From the NCBI GenBank assembly GCA_036517735.1, contig DATDUD010000020.1:1-54048 (forward strand): DNA of 54,048 nucleotides. Reading direction: 5' to 3'. Shown here one piece after another: positions 17,998-27,327 of the stretch (position 1 is the stretch's first letter; every line of letters begins with the position of its first letter). The position numbers and the translations under genes were made by a program. Source of the DNA: Minisyncoccota bacterium. Lineage in GTDB: Bacteria; Patescibacteriota; Minisyncoccia; Phycocordibacterales; Phycocordibacteraceae. The notes beneath the pieces are model-generated. The model saw only the letters and a list, made by a program, of their open reading frames with translations. It did not search any database and was not told where the DNA came from.

Positions 17998-18351
17998 ATG
18001 CGACATCACAAAAAAGGAAGGGCGTTTAATAGGCCAACGAACCAGCGCACTGCGCTCGTGCGTTCCCTTGCCCGTTCCCTCATTCTCCATGAACGCATTG
18101 CTACCACCGAAGCCAAGGCCAAGGAGCTCCGTCCCTTCATTGAGAAAGTCATCTCCCATGGCCGCGCTGACACGGTCGCAAACCGCCGCCTCGTGTCATC
18201 CCGCCTTGGTGGCGACGCTGCAGCAGTAAAGAAGGTCTTCACGACCCTCTCGCCCCGATACGCTAACCGCCCTGGCGGATACGTGCGCATCGTGAAGCGG
18301 GCACCGAACGCAACCAACGCACGCGACAACGCGTACATCGCCTTCGTATAG
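17998..18351 (+). CDS. rplQ: 50S ribosomal protein L17
   Basis: MRHHKKGRAFNRPTNQRTALVRSLA...ATTEAKAKELRPFIEK. Confidence 0.97.
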   Translation: MRHHKKGRAFNRPTNQRTALVRSLARSLILHERIATTEAKAKELRPFIEKVISHGRADTVANRRLVSSRLGGDAAAVKKVFTTLSPRYANRPGGYVRIVKRAPNATNARDNAYIAFV

Positions 18352-18353
18352 AT

Positions 18354-18764
18354 ATGAAAACAAGAACTTCCATAGCAGAGAAAGTATCGAAGCAGCGCAC
18401 TCTCCAGGGCATGGAGACCGTGAAGTACACGGTCGACGCCAAGGGACGCCCGCTTGGCCGTGTTGCAAGCGAGGCCGCAAGCGCGCTTCTCGGAAAGAAG
18501 TCAACCAACTACGTGAAGAACAAGGCGCTTCCTGTGGAAGTAACCATCACGAACGCCGGTAGCCTCTCCATAGGGGAGAAGAAGCTTCTTCAGAAAGAGT
18601 ACGTCCGCTACACCGGATACCCTGGAGGCCTCCGCACTACGAACCTCTCGATGTTGAAAGACAAGAAGGGCATCGAGGAAGTGCTCCGCCGGGCCGTCGA
18701 AGGAATGATCCCACGCAACAAGCTTCGCAAGGAACGCATGAAGCGCCTTACCATCACTCTCTAA
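18354..18764 (+). CDS. rplM: 50S ribosomal protein L13
   Basis: DAKGRPLGRVASEAASALLGK and YTGYPGG motifs. Confidence 0.96.
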   Translation: MKTRTSIAEKVSKQRTLQGMETVKYTVDAKGRPLGRVASEAASALLGKKSTNYVKNKALPVEVTITNAGSLSIGEKKLLQKEYVRYTGYPGGLRTTNLSMLKDKKGIEEVLRRAVEGMIPRNKLRKERMKRLTITL

Positions 18765-18768
18765 TCAT

Positions 18769-19170
18769 ATGGCTGAAACTACTAAATACACGTTGGCCGT
18801 TGGCCGTAGAAAGACCGCGACCGCGCGTGTGAAGCTCACGCCGGCAGCAAAGACCACCGTCACCGTGAACGGCAAGTCCGGTGAGGAATATTTCAACACC
18901 AAGGAGCGCCGCGCCATTCCGCTTGATCCGCTCCGTCTCGACGAGGTCGATGGTACCTTCACCATCGAAGCCAAGGTGCAGGGAGGGGGTATCACTGCAC
19001 AGGCAGAAGCTGTGCGCATGGGAGTTGCCCGCGCCCTCACTCTTGCTAAAGACACTCTCCGGAAGCCTCTCAAGGCTGCGGGATACCTAAAGCGCGACCC
19101 ACGCGCCGTTGAGCGTAAGAAGCCCGGACTTCGGAAAGCTCGCAAGCGACCGCAGTGGTCGAAGCGTTAA
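18769..19170 (+). CDS. rpsI: 30S ribosomal protein S9
   Basis: GRRKTATARVKL...GGGITAQAEAVRMGVARAL...RKKPGLRKARKRPQWSKR. Confidence 0.97.
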   Translation: MAETTKYTLAVGRRKTATARVKLTPAAKTTVTVNGKSGEEYFNTKERRAIPLDPLRLDEVDGTFTIEAKVQGGGITAQAEAVRMGVARALTLAKDTLRKPLKAAGYLKRDPRAVERKKPGLRKARKRPQWSKR

Positions 19171-19206
19171 CCCACAAAGGACCGTTTTTTTGGTATACTT
19201 CCGAAT

Positions 19207-19500
19207 ATGAACATCCACCCTATACTTGCCGGCGTCATAAACGCGATATTCCCGGGCCTTGGCTACGTGCTCATCCGAGAGAGACTCGTGTTCGGCATAG
19301 GTCTTCTCCTTGCCATGGTCCTCTTCATGTTCGTATCCTTCACGGATCCTTCGCCCTCATTCGCTACCGTACTCTTTGCGGTCACCCCGACGGGAAGGCT
19401 CCTTGAAAGCCTTGCGTACCTCATTGCCGTTCTTGCCTTCGCGTACGACGCGTATGACCTTGCAAGGAAGAAGCGGGGAACTGCAGTCATAAAACTCTAG
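19207..19500 (+). CDS. small integral membrane protein (97 aa)
   Basis: Three hydrophobic helices. ATG lies 7 nt after the extended -10 TGGTATACT (19191-19199). Confidence 0.7.
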   Translation: MNIHPILAGVINAIFPGLGYVLIRERLVFGIGLLLAMVLFMFVSFTDPSPSFATVLFAVTPTGRLLESLAYLIAVLAFAYDAYDLARKKRGTAVIKL

Positions 19501-19517
19501 TGTGATATAGTGAAAAT

Positions 19518-19733
19518 ATGAAGCACGGAACGTTCCCCATCATCCTCCAGAAGCAAAAAGAAGGGGGGTACTTTGTTTCCAATCCGGCCCTTGAGGGCTG
19601 CCACAGCCAGGGTGAGACCGTTGAAGAGGCTCTTGAGAATATTAAGGAGGCAACCCTTCTTTGTCTTGAGGACGAAGAGTACGCAGAGGAGATTGAGAAT
19701 AGGGATGTCAGCATGCACTTGGTAACGGTCTAG
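19518..19733 (+). CDS. hicB: HicB-family antitoxin (UPF0150 fold)
   Basis: FPIILQKQKEGGYFVSNPALEGCHSQGETVEEALENIKEA is typical of the HicB N-terminal domain. Lies 4 nt upstream of hicA. Confidence 0.8.
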   Translation: MKHGTFPIILQKQKEGGYFVSNPALEGCHSQGETVEEALENIKEATLLCLEDEEYAEEIENRDVSMHLVTV

Positions 19734-19737
19734 AGCC

Positions 19738-19965
19738 ATGCCGAGGCTTCCTAGGATCTCGGGAGCCGAGCTAGTACGTGTGCTCGAACGCCACGGATAT
19801 ACACAAACACGCACCCGAGGCAGCCATGTACGGCTCTATCCTTCCGATAGTGCTCTTGCCGGCGCCAAGAAAATGACGGTGCCGCTCCATAAGGAACTCA
19901 AGACAGGAACGCTTGCCGCTATTCTCAAGGACGTGGGCTTAGCAGTTGAAGATATTGCAACTTAG
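19738..19965 (+). CDS. hicA: HicA-family mRNA interferase toxin
   Basis: SGAELVRVLERHGYTQTRTRGSHVRL...TVPLHKELKTGTLAAILKD matches the HicA/YcfA fold, including the conserved GSH. Confidence 0.85.
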   Translation: MPRLPRISGAELVRVLERHGYTQTRTRGSHVRLYPSDSALAGAKKMTVPLHKELKTGTLAAILKDVGLAVEDIAT

Positions 19966-19983
19966 GCATATAACGTAATTACC

Positions 19984-20373
19984 ATGAAAGGATACGTCAC
20001 CAACATCGAACAAGAGACGCTCAAGAATGAGAACTTCCGCACAGTTCTCTACACCTCCCCTCACATACAGCTCGTAGTCATGTCAGTGGAGACTGAGATC
20101 GGCACGGAGACGCATAAGGATACCGATCAGTTCATTCGAGTCGAGAAGGGAAGCGGAAAGGCGATCCTTAACGGGCAGGAGCATGCGCTTCAGGAAGGTT
20201 CAATTGTGGTCATTCCAGCAGGCATTGAGCACAACATTGTGAATACCGGAGACACTCCCCTGAAGCTGTACACCATATACGCACCCCCTCATCACAAGGA
20301 CGGCACCGTGCACACCACCAAGGAGGAGGCAGAACAAGGCGAGGAACACTTTGACGGAGTAACGAGCGAATAG
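19984..20373 (+). CDS. cupin domain protein
   Basis: Cupin motifs GTETHKDTDQFIRVEKGSG and VVIPAGIEHNIVNTG. Lies 2 nt upstream of grpE. Confidence 0.85.
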   Translation: MKGYVTNIEQETLKNENFRTVLYTSPHIQLVVMSVETEIGTETHKDTDQFIRVEKGSGKAILNGQEHALQEGSIVVIPAGIEHNIVNTGDTPLKLYTIYAPPHHKDGTVHTTKEEAEQGEEHFDGVTSE

Positions 20374-20375
20374 GT

Positions 20376-20921
20376 ATGGAGGAAGACGTCATCTTTGAGC
20401 CTGAGCGGGGAGCTGGAGGGGCTAGTGAGGAGGATATTGAGGCCTCCGAATCCCGCGCAGGTGCTAAATCCGACAAACTGAAGAGGGAACTTGAGACCGT
20501 TAAAAAAGAGCGTCAAGAATACCTCGACGGCTGGCAACGAGCCAAGGCCGACTATGTAAATGCCTTGAAACGCTTCGAGGAAGACCGTAGGATAGCGCTC
20601 ACGCAGGGCACCAGAAGGGCTGCAGAGGCCTTCATACCCGCCCTCGCCTCCCTAGAGCGGGCAGAGGCTCAGGGAGCGATTCCTGAGGGCATGCAGGGCA
20701 TCGTGAAGCAGCTCCATGATGCGGTCCGAAGCCTTGGCCTTCGGCAGTTCGGTGAAGTTGGGGAGATTTTCGATCCCACGCTCCACGACGCGCTTGGACA
20801 GGATGCAGCTACGTCCGAAGGCGGAGACAACACCATCTCGGCTGTACTTGAAGCCGGCTGGAAGACCCAAGAAGGAGTCGTGCGCCCTGCAAAAGTCCGG
20901 GTCTTCCACGCGGAGGGCTAG
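20376..20921 (+). CDS. grpE: nucleotide exchange factor GrpE
   Basis: Coiled-coil N-terminus, then RAKADYVNALKR...FDPTLHDALG...VLEAGWK...VVRPAKVRV. Confidence 0.93.
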   Translation: MEEDVIFEPERGAGGASEEDIEASESRAGAKSDKLKRELETVKKERQEYLDGWQRAKADYVNALKRFEEDRRIALTQGTRRAAEAFIPALASLERAEAQGAIPEGMQGIVKQLHDAVRSLGLRQFGEVGEIFDPTLHDALGQDAATSEGGDNTISAVLEAGWKTQEGVVRPAKVRVFHAEG

Positions 20922-20995
20922 GGCTTGAAACCCTTTTTGTGCAAGCGTACAATGCGCATACGTTTGTGCATTTTAGTAAATAACTGATATCGACT

Positions 20996-22885
20996 ATGGC
21001 AAAAATCCTAGGCATCGACCTCGGTACGACGAACTCCGCCATGGCCATCATGGAGGGAGGCGAACCGCGTGTTCTTGAGAACGCAGAAGGGCAGCGCACA
21101 ACTCCGTCAGTTGTCGCCATTTCAAAGAACGGTGAGCGGCTCGTAGGAACGCTCGCGAAGCGTCAGGCAGTCACCAACCCCAAGAACACCATATACGGCA
21201 TCAAGCGGTTCATGGGACATCGCTTTGGAGATGACGTAGTACAGAAGGACAAGGACATTGTTCCGTATGAGATTAAGTCAGGTCCTGACGGTGGAGCACT
21301 CGTACACCTCGGCGATAAAGACTATCGTCCCGAGGAGATATCAGCGATGATCCTCACAAAACTTAAGACCGATGCTGAGAAGAAGCTCGGCGAGAAGATC
21401 ACCGAAGCCGTCATCACTGTCCCTGCATACTTCGACGACGCGCAGCGCGCAGCTACCAAGGCCGCGGGAGAGGTTGCCGGCCTCAACGTGAAGCGCATCA
21501 TCAACGAACCGACTGCTGCCGCCCTTGCATACGGTCTTAACAAGAAGAAGGACGAGAAGATCGTGGTCTTCGACTTCGGGGGAGGTACCTTTGACGTGTC
21601 TGTGCTTGAAGTGGGCGACGATGTCATTGAGGTGAAGTCAACCGACGGCGACAGCCACATGGGAGGACGCGACATCGACCAGAAGCTCGTGCGGCACATT
21701 GCCGACGAATACAAGAAGGAGAGCGGCATTGACGTTTCCAAGGATCCGCTCGCACTTCAGCGTCTCGACGAGGCTGCCGAGAAGGCCAAGCACGAGCTCT
21801 CAAGCTCCGTTGAGTCCGAGATCAATATTCCGTTCATCACCTCCACTGCTGACGGTCCCCAGCATCTTCTCATTAAGCTCACACGCTCGACTCTCGAGTC
21901 CCTTGCGGAAGAATACGTGACGCGCTCTCTCGATATTACGAAGCGTGCACTTGATGCCGCTGGCATGAAAGCAGGCGACATCGATGAGATCGTTATGGTA
22001 GGCGGCCAGACTCGCATGCCCAAGATCAAGGAAGAGGTGCAGAAGCTTTTCGGAAAGGAACTGCATCTTGGCGTGAACCCAGACGAGGTAGTGGCTATTG
22101 GCGCCGCCATCCAGGCCGGCATTCTCCAGGGAGACGTGAAGGACATTCTTCTTGTCGATGTCATCCCACTCTCACTTTCCATCGAGACCATGGGAGGAGT
22201 CGCGACCAAGCTCATCGAACGCAACACTGCGATTCCCACCTCGAAGTCCCAGACATTCTCTACTGCCGCAGACAACCAGACGTCGGTGGAAATCCATGTC
22301 TCACAGGGCGAGCGCGCCATGGCCGCAGACAACAAGTCCTTGGGCAAATTCATGCTCGACGGCATCCCGCCCGCACCTCGTGGCTTGCCTCAGGTTGAGG
22401 TCGCTTTTGACGTTGACTCAAACGGCATTCTCACGGTAAAGGCTACGGAAAAGACAACCGGAAAGGTGCAAAGCATCCGCATTGAGGGATCAACGGGTCT
22501 TTCCAAGGAAGACATCGAAAAGATGAAAGCTGATGCTGAAGCGCACGCTAGCGAGGACGAGAAGCGTAAAGAACTCGTTGAGACAAAGAACCTTGCTGAG
22601 CAGCTCATCTACACCGCAGAGAAAGCTGTGAAGGATGCAGGAGACAAAGCCCCTGCTGAGGTTGTCACTGAGGTGAACGAAAAGGTTGAAGTGCTTAAGA
22701 AGGCACGAGAAGGCGAAGACCTCAACGCTATCAAGTCAGCATCCGAGACTCTCTCTGCTTCACTCTCAAAGATCGGAGAAGCGATGATGAAGGCAAATGA
22801 GGGACAGGCGCAACCTGCGGGAGAAACCACGCCAGAAGAAGGAACGACTGACGCTGAGTTTACGGAGAAGAAGGAGGGGGAATAA
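20996..22885 (+). CDS. dnaK: molecular chaperone DnaK (Hsp70)
   Basis: [27 protein letters not shown] and other Hsp70 signatures across 629 aa. Confidence 0.98.
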   Translation: MAKILGIDLGTTNSAMAIMEGGEPRVLENAEGQRTTPSVVAISKNGERLVGTLAKRQAVTNPKNTIYGIKRFMGHRFGDDVVQKDKDIVPYEIKSGPDGGALVHLGDKDYRPEEISAMILTKLKTDAEKKLGEKITEAVITVPAYFDDAQRAATKAAGEVAGLNVKRIINEPTAAALAYGLNKKKDEKIVVFDFGGGTFDVSVLEVGDDVIEVKSTDGDSHMGGRDIDQKLVRHIADEYKKESGIDVSKDPLALQRLDEAAEKAKHELSSSVESEINIPFITSTADGPQHLLIKLTRSTLESLAEEYVTRSLDITKRALDAAGMKAGDIDEIVMVGGQTRMPKIKEEVQKLFGKELHLGVNPDEVVAIGAAIQAGILQGDVKDILLVDVIPLSLSIETMGGVATKLIERNTAIPTSKSQTFSTAADNQTSVEIHVSQGERAMAADNKSLGKFMLDGIPPAPRGLPQVEVAFDVDSNGILTVKATEKTTGKVQSIRIEGSTGLSKEDIEKMKADAEAHASEDEKRKELVETKNLAEQLIYTAEKAVKDAGDKAPAEVVTEVNEKVEVLKKAREGEDLNAIKSASETLSASLSKIGEAMMKANEGQAQPAGETTPEEGTTDAEFTEKKEGE

Positions 22886-22934
22886 AGATAAGAAGTGAAA
22901 CGTTAGGGGCTGTAGGACTAAGTTCCTATAGCTC

Positions 22935-22963
22935 TTGACTTTAATTGAGATAATCTGTATTAT
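22935..22963 (+). promoter_or_regulatory. sigma-70-like promoter (TTGACT-17-TATTAT)
   Basis: TTGACT at 22935-22940, 17-nt spacer, TATTAT at 22958-22963. SD-like GAGGGGA lies before ATG 22999. Confidence 0.6.
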
Positions 22964-22998
22964 ATTAGACGGTCTATTCCAGCCCGAGGGGAATACTA

Positions 22999-23424
22999 AT
23001 GCGTACATTTCTCGTTATCGCCACGACCCTTTCCGTTGCCGCCTGCGGCTCTCCAGTGTACACCGACAAGCAGCGGGACCAGGTGGTCAAGCTCCTTGAG
23101 CGTCACTGCACTGCTCCGTCGTACAACACTTCCGAAACGGACGAGCGGTTGTGTGCTAACTCCACTTACTTGCTGTACAAGCTCGATAACGGACAGCAGG
23201 TCGTCGGATATGTCGACAGCTTCAATCGCGAAACCGGTCGGTTGCGCGTGCGGTGGCAGTCGTCACCTTACTATGTTGAGCCCGAAGACTTTTACCCGGG
23301 AACCGAGCGTGCGCTCGCCGGCAAGATAACGAAAGTCGAGTCATACGACTACGACTCCGATCGCTGGCGTTCCCTGCAGGAGGCCTTCGACAAGCAAGAC
23401 GATCGACGTACCATGCGGCGCTAA
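22999..23424 (+). CDS. putative lipoprotein (141 aa)
   Basis: Signal peptide with lipobox MRTFLVIATTLSVAAC. Own promoter and terminator. No family recognised. Confidence 0.75.
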   Translation: MRTFLVIATTLSVAACGSPVYTDKQRDQVVKLLERHCTAPSYNTSETDERLCANSTYLLYKLDNGQQVVGYVDSFNRETGRLRVRWQSSPYYVEPEDFYPGTERALAGKITKVESYDYDSDRWRSLQEAFDKQDDRRTMRR

Positions 23425-23434
23425 CAACAATGAT

Positions 23435-23475
23435 GGGGCGGCTACGGAGCAATCCGGAGCCGCCCCTCGACTTTT
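23435..23475 (+). terminator. rho-independent terminator
   Basis: GGGGCGGCT (23435-23443) pairs with AGCCGCCCC (23458-23466), followed by TCGACTTTTG. Confidence 0.6.
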
Positions 23476-23509
23476 GCATACCAAAACAAGAAAGCGTAAA
23501 ATAACCCCA

Positions 23510-24562
23510 ATGGCTAAGAACTACTACGACATCCTGGGAGTCGACAAAAAGGCAACAAAAGACGATGTGAAGAAGGCCTTTCGCAAGCTGGCCCAGAAAC
23601 ACCACCCCGACAAGGGCGGCAACGAGGATACGTTCAAGGAGATCACCGAGGCATATAGCGTGCTTGGGGACGAAAAGAGACGTCGTGAATATGATACGTA
23701 CGGACAGTCCTTCCAGGGGGGAGGGGGGAGCAATCCCTTCGAAGGCTTTGACTTCAGCGGCTTCCAACAGCAGGGAGGCATGGAGTTCGACTTGGGCGAT
23801 ATCTTCGGCGATCTTTTCGGAGGTCGCAGCCCGCGCCAGCGCCGAGGCCGCGACATCTCCATCGATATCGAAGTTTCCTTCAAGGAGTCCATTCAGGGTG
23901 GCACACGCCAAGTGCTCATCACGAAGATAGGGAAGTGCGACATCTGCAGCGGTTCAGGAGCGAAGCCTGGAACCGAGCTTGAGTCCTGCAGAACCTGCAA
24001 CGGCGCGGGACGCGTACACGAGAGCAGGAACTCAATACTAGGAGCCTTTTCAAGCGTACGCACCTGCCCAACCTGCGAGGGAAGCGGCAAAGTACCGAGG
24101 GAGGAATGTAAGAACTGTGCAGGACGAGGAGTGCTCCGGAAAGAAGAAGAGATCAGGGTCGCCATTCCTGCCGGCATCGATGGAGGCGAGATGATCCGCA
24201 TGCCGGGACTCGGAGAAGCGGCGAAAGGAGGCGTGCCAGGGGACCTGTACGTAAAGGTGCACGTGAAGCCGCATGCAGTCTTCAAGAAGCAGGGACTCAA
24301 CCTAACTATGGAGACGCCTCTCAAGCTCACTGATGCACTCTTGGGCACGACCATGAACATAACTACCATTGACGATAAGATGCTCGAGGTGAAAGTTCCT
24401 CCCATGACTGCTCCCGAACAGACCCTCCGCATTAGGAACAAGGGAGTAAACGTGGATGGACGAGTAGGCGACCTTCTAATCCACCTCACCGCAGCCTTCC
24501 CGAAGAAGCTCTCTGGAAAAGCGAAGAAGTTAGTCGAGGAGCTCAAGAGCGAAAGTTTATAG
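23510..24562 (+). CDS. dnaJ: molecular chaperone DnaJ
   Basis: J domain (YYDILGV...HPDK), G/F-rich linker, four CxxCxGxG zinc-finger repeats. Start trimmed to ATG 23510 (MAKNYYDILGV). Confidence 0.96.
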   Translation: MAKNYYDILGVDKKATKDDVKKAFRKLAQKHHPDKGGNEDTFKEITEAYSVLGDEKRRREYDTYGQSFQGGGGSNPFEGFDFSGFQQQGGMEFDLGDIFGDLFGGRSPRQRRGRDISIDIEVSFKESIQGGTRQVLITKIGKCDICSGSGAKPGTELESCRTCNGAGRVHESRNSILGAFSSVRTCPTCEGSGKVPREECKNCAGRGVLRKEEEIRVAIPAGIDGGEMIRMPGLGEAAKGGVPGDLYVKVHVKPHAVFKKQGLNLTMETPLKLTDALLGTTMNITTIDDKMLEVKVPPMTAPEQTLRIRNKGVNVDGRVGDLLIHLTAAFPKKLSGKAKKLVEELKSESL

Positions 24563-24614
24563 GCTATCCACCCAAGATTTAACTAATGCCGTTTTTATAC
24601 GGCATACTTAAGAC

Positions 24615-25133
24615 ATGGATATTGCGACTGACGTAAGCACCTTTGCAACAGGTGGCATTGAGAGCGTGTGGCTTTTAGTAGGGAACTTCCTGGTTCTCCT
24701 CATCCTGACCGTGATCATGATCGGCTTTTCGTACAAGACCGGCAGGGGAGGCATCATCTCGCTTATAATCGCCTTCTATGCAGGCTATGCTCTCTACATA
24801 GTCTTTCCCTTTACTGACGATATTTTGAACGCAGGAGGCTCGACCATCGTTAAAGCAGTCATTAGTATTGCCCTCTACGGCGCCATGACCTTTGTGCCGT
24901 TCCATTTCATCCAACGTCTTACGAGCGGCGGATTCGGCATCCTTTCCTTTGTGCCGCGCTTGCTGCTTTCATTCCTTGCCGCAGCCTTCCTTCTCACTCT
25001 TGCGTACCACGTCTTCCAGATCAGCAACATCTATAGCTTCCCGGATCCAATCAATTCACTCTTTGCCCCTGACGAGTACTTCTTCTGGTGGTTCATAGCG
25101 CCCCTGGTCGGACTTATCTTTCTAGTGAGATAG
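24615..25133 (+). CDS. integral membrane protein, hypothetical (172 aa)
   Basis: At least five hydrophobic helices. ATG lies 6 nt after CATACT (24603-24608). Confidence 0.75.
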   Translation: MDIATDVSTFATGGIESVWLLVGNFLVLLILTVIMIGFSYKTGRGGIISLIIAFYAGYALYIVFPFTDDILNAGGSTIVKAVISIALYGAMTFVPFHFIQRLTSGGFGILSFVPRLLLSFLAAAFLLTLAYHVFQISNIYSFPDPINSLFAPDEYFFWWFIAPLVGLIFLVR

Positions 25134-25151
25134 CGTGGTATATTCGTCCGT

Positions 25152-26387
25152 ATGAACGAACTGGCCGCCGATCTGAAGGCACGCGGGCTCATAGAGCATG
25201 TTTCGGCGGATATCGAGAAGATACTGGGCACTAAGCGCACTGTGTACCTTGGTGTCGACCCTTCTTCCGACTCCATGCAGGCCGGCAACCTTTTAGTCGT
25301 GCTTCTCATGAAGCGACTTGCCGACGCCGGGCATTCCATACAACTTCTAGTGGGAGGGGGCACCGGTATGATCGGTGACCCGAGAGAGAAAGGAGAGCGT
25401 CCACTTGCGGACATACACACAGTCGCAAAGAACAAACGAGCAATTAGGGGGCAATTCCAGCAGATACTTGGGCGAAGGATCAAAGTTTTCGACAATGCTG
25501 ACTGGCTACTCAAAGTAAAGCTTGTCGACTTCCTACGCGATATCGGCAAGCATTTTACGGTAAACGAACTGATTAAGCGTGATGTCATCAAACGTCGTCT
25601 TGATGCAGAGGACGACAGTATTTCGTACACGGAGTTCGCCTATAGTCTCCTCCAGGGCTATGACTATCTTGTGCTCAATCAAAAGTACGGCACTGACCTT
25701 CAGATCGGGGCATCGGACCAGTGGACCAATATTCTCTCAGGTGTTGAGCTCATACGAAGGAAGCTTAGCAAGGAGGCTTTTGCACTTACTACACCGCTCG
25801 TTACCGACTCGACAGGAAAGAAGTTCGGGAAGTCGGAAGGAAATGCGATATGGCTCGATCCGAAAAAGACCTCTCCGTACGCTTTCTACCAGTTCTGGCT
25901 CAATCAGCCGGATTCTGTAGTTGAGAAGTATCTAAAGTTCTATACCTTCCTTTCTCTTAGGGAAATTACGATGCTCATGGAGCTTCACTCCCGCGAACCC
26001 GGACGCAGGGAAGGTCAAAAGGCTCTTGCTCGCGAGATAACAGGCACAGTGCATGGAGAAGACTCGGCGAAGCGTTGTGCCGCTGTTTCTGAAGTGCTCT
26101 TTGGCGACCGTTCGCTTAGCGATCTCTCACGCGAGGAATATTCCGTACTCCTTAGCGAGGCACCCACCTTGTCCGTTGCGCCTGGTACATCCGTAGTTGA
26201 CGCCCTCACAGAATCAGGGTTGGCAAGCTCAAAATCAGATGCCCGCCGACTTATCGAAGGCAAAGGAGTAACTGTAAATGGGGATCAGGTTGGGTCAGCC
26301 GAGGCAATTATTGCATCCGCAGATTTCAATAACGGTTTTGCCGTTCTACGCCGAGGAAAGAATGCTCTAATTCTGCAGGAGAAATGA
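25152..26387 (+). CDS. tyrS: tyrosine--tRNA ligase (HIGH motif replaced by QAGN)
   Basis: GVDPSSDSMQAGNLL...LVGGGTGMIGDP...KFGKSEGNAIWL (KMSKS-type) and a C-terminal S4-like domain. Confidence 0.95.
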   Translation: MNELAADLKARGLIEHVSADIEKILGTKRTVYLGVDPSSDSMQAGNLLVVLLMKRLADAGHSIQLLVGGGTGMIGDPREKGERPLADIHTVAKNKRAIRGQFQQILGRRIKVFDNADWLLKVKLVDFLRDIGKHFTVNELIKRDVIKRRLDAEDDSISYTEFAYSLLQGYDYLVLNQKYGTDLQIGASDQWTNILSGVELIRRKLSKEAFALTTPLVTDSTGKKFGKSEGNAIWLDPKKTSPYAFYQFWLNQPDSVVEKYLKFYTFLSLREITMLMELHSREPGRREGQKALAREITGTVHGEDSAKRCAAVSEVLFGDRSLSDLSREEYSVLLSEAPTLSVAPGTSVVDALTESGLASSKSDARRLIEGKGVTVNGDQVGSAEAIIASADFNNGFAVLRRGKNALILQEK

Positions 26388-26464
26388 AATAGTTCGGTAA
26401 TATCATTTGCTGTACGCAGGCTCAACATAGCCCACTTTTCCATATAGCTACCTATGCTTAAAGC

Positions 26465-27271
26465 ATGGCGCGAAGATGGACGACCGAAGAGGAGAATTTC
26501 TACCGAAACCAACTGCTTGAACTATACGTCAAGCAAAATCTTACCATTGCGCAAGTCGGGGCAATCTTAGGTATTAAGGAGAAGACTGTCTTTGATCGCC
26601 TGGAACGCCTTGCCATTCCGACAAACCGCAAAGAAAAACCGGGTTTCAATAATCAGCGAAAGGACATCGTACTCCCTGAGAAATCGGAGAAATTGGCAGA
26701 GTTCTTTGGGATGATGCTCGGTGATGGAAATCTGACTAAATACCAAGCTACCGTTTGCCTTGGCAGCAAAGAGTATGACTATGTGCTCTATGTGCAGAGG
26801 CTAATGAGCGACTTATTCAAAGTATCTGCGCATATATCAACGAACAAGGCAGGGTATCACACAGTGTATATAGGATCTACGCAGGTAACGGATTGGATGA
26901 GAGAGCAAGGTTTTGTTCCGAATAAGGTGGCCGCTCAGGTGGGAGTTCCAACATGGATTATGGAAAAGAAGGAGTATATGCGGGGATTCGTTCGCGGATT
27001 CTTTGATACTGATGGATCAGTATATAAATTGAGATTTGGTATTCAGATCTCAATAACCAATTGTTCAATGCCGTTGCTCGTAGCTTTACAAAGCATGTTT
27101 CGAGCGTTAGATTACAGGGTATCGGAAATAAGTGCTTATCGTATCTACGTAACACGAAAGAAAGACGTATTGCGTTTCTTTAGTGATATTGCGCCTCAGA
27201 ATATCAAGCACATTGCCCGATTTGACAAATTCAAGCGTCGGTGGTGGAGCGGCAAACACACAACGCTGTAA
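26465..27271 (+). CDS. LAGLIDADG family homing endonuclease with N-terminal HTH
   Basis: Two LAGLIDADG motifs (FFGMMLGDGNL and FVRGFFDTDGSV). N-terminal HTH (LTIAQVGAILGIKEKTVFDRL). Composition is visibly AT-richer than the neighbours. The last 12 codons and the stop lie inside the tRNA-Tyr gene. Confidence 0.88.
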   Translation: MARRWTTEEENFYRNQLLELYVKQNLTIAQVGAILGIKEKTVFDRLERLAIPTNRKEKPGFNNQRKDIVLPEKSEKLAEFFGMMLGDGNLTKYQATVCLGSKEYDYVLYVQRLMSDLFKVSAHISTNKAGYHTVYIGSTQVTDWMREQGFVPNKVAAQVGVPTWIMEKKEYMRGFVRGFFDTDGSVYKLRFGIQISITNCSMPLLVALQSMFRALDYRVSEISAYRIYVTRKKDVLRFFSDIAPQNIKHIARFDKFKRRWWSGKHTTL

Positions 27272-27321
27272 ACGTTGCGGTCGAAAGACCTTCGGGGGTT
27301 CGAGTCCCTCCCGGCGCACCA
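27235..27321 (+). tRNA. tRNA-Tyr (anticodon GTA), type II with long variable arm, CCA encoded
   Basis: Folded by hand. Acceptor GCGTCGG/CCGGCGC (one G-U pair). D arm GTG-GAGCGGCAAA-CAC. Anticodon arm CAACG-CTGTAAA-CGTTG. Variable arm GGTC-GAAA-GACC. T arm GGGGG-TTCGAGT-CCCTC. Discriminator A plus CCA. Confidence 0.9.
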
Positions 27322-27327
27322 TATTTT

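Noticed and set aside
20922-20995. CIRCE or HAIR heat-shock operators upstream of dnaK and grpE.
   Set aside because: No match to TTAGCACTC-N9-GAGTGCTAA or CTTGAGT-N7-ACTCAAG was seen. Only a short direct repeat TTGTGCA was found.
26388-27321. LAGLIDADG ORF as part of a group I intron or a split tRNA gene.
   Set aside because: The tRNA-Tyr downstream folds as one contiguous 87-nt cloverleaf. No duplicated tRNA half was seen upstream of the ORF. It is therefore treated as free-standing.
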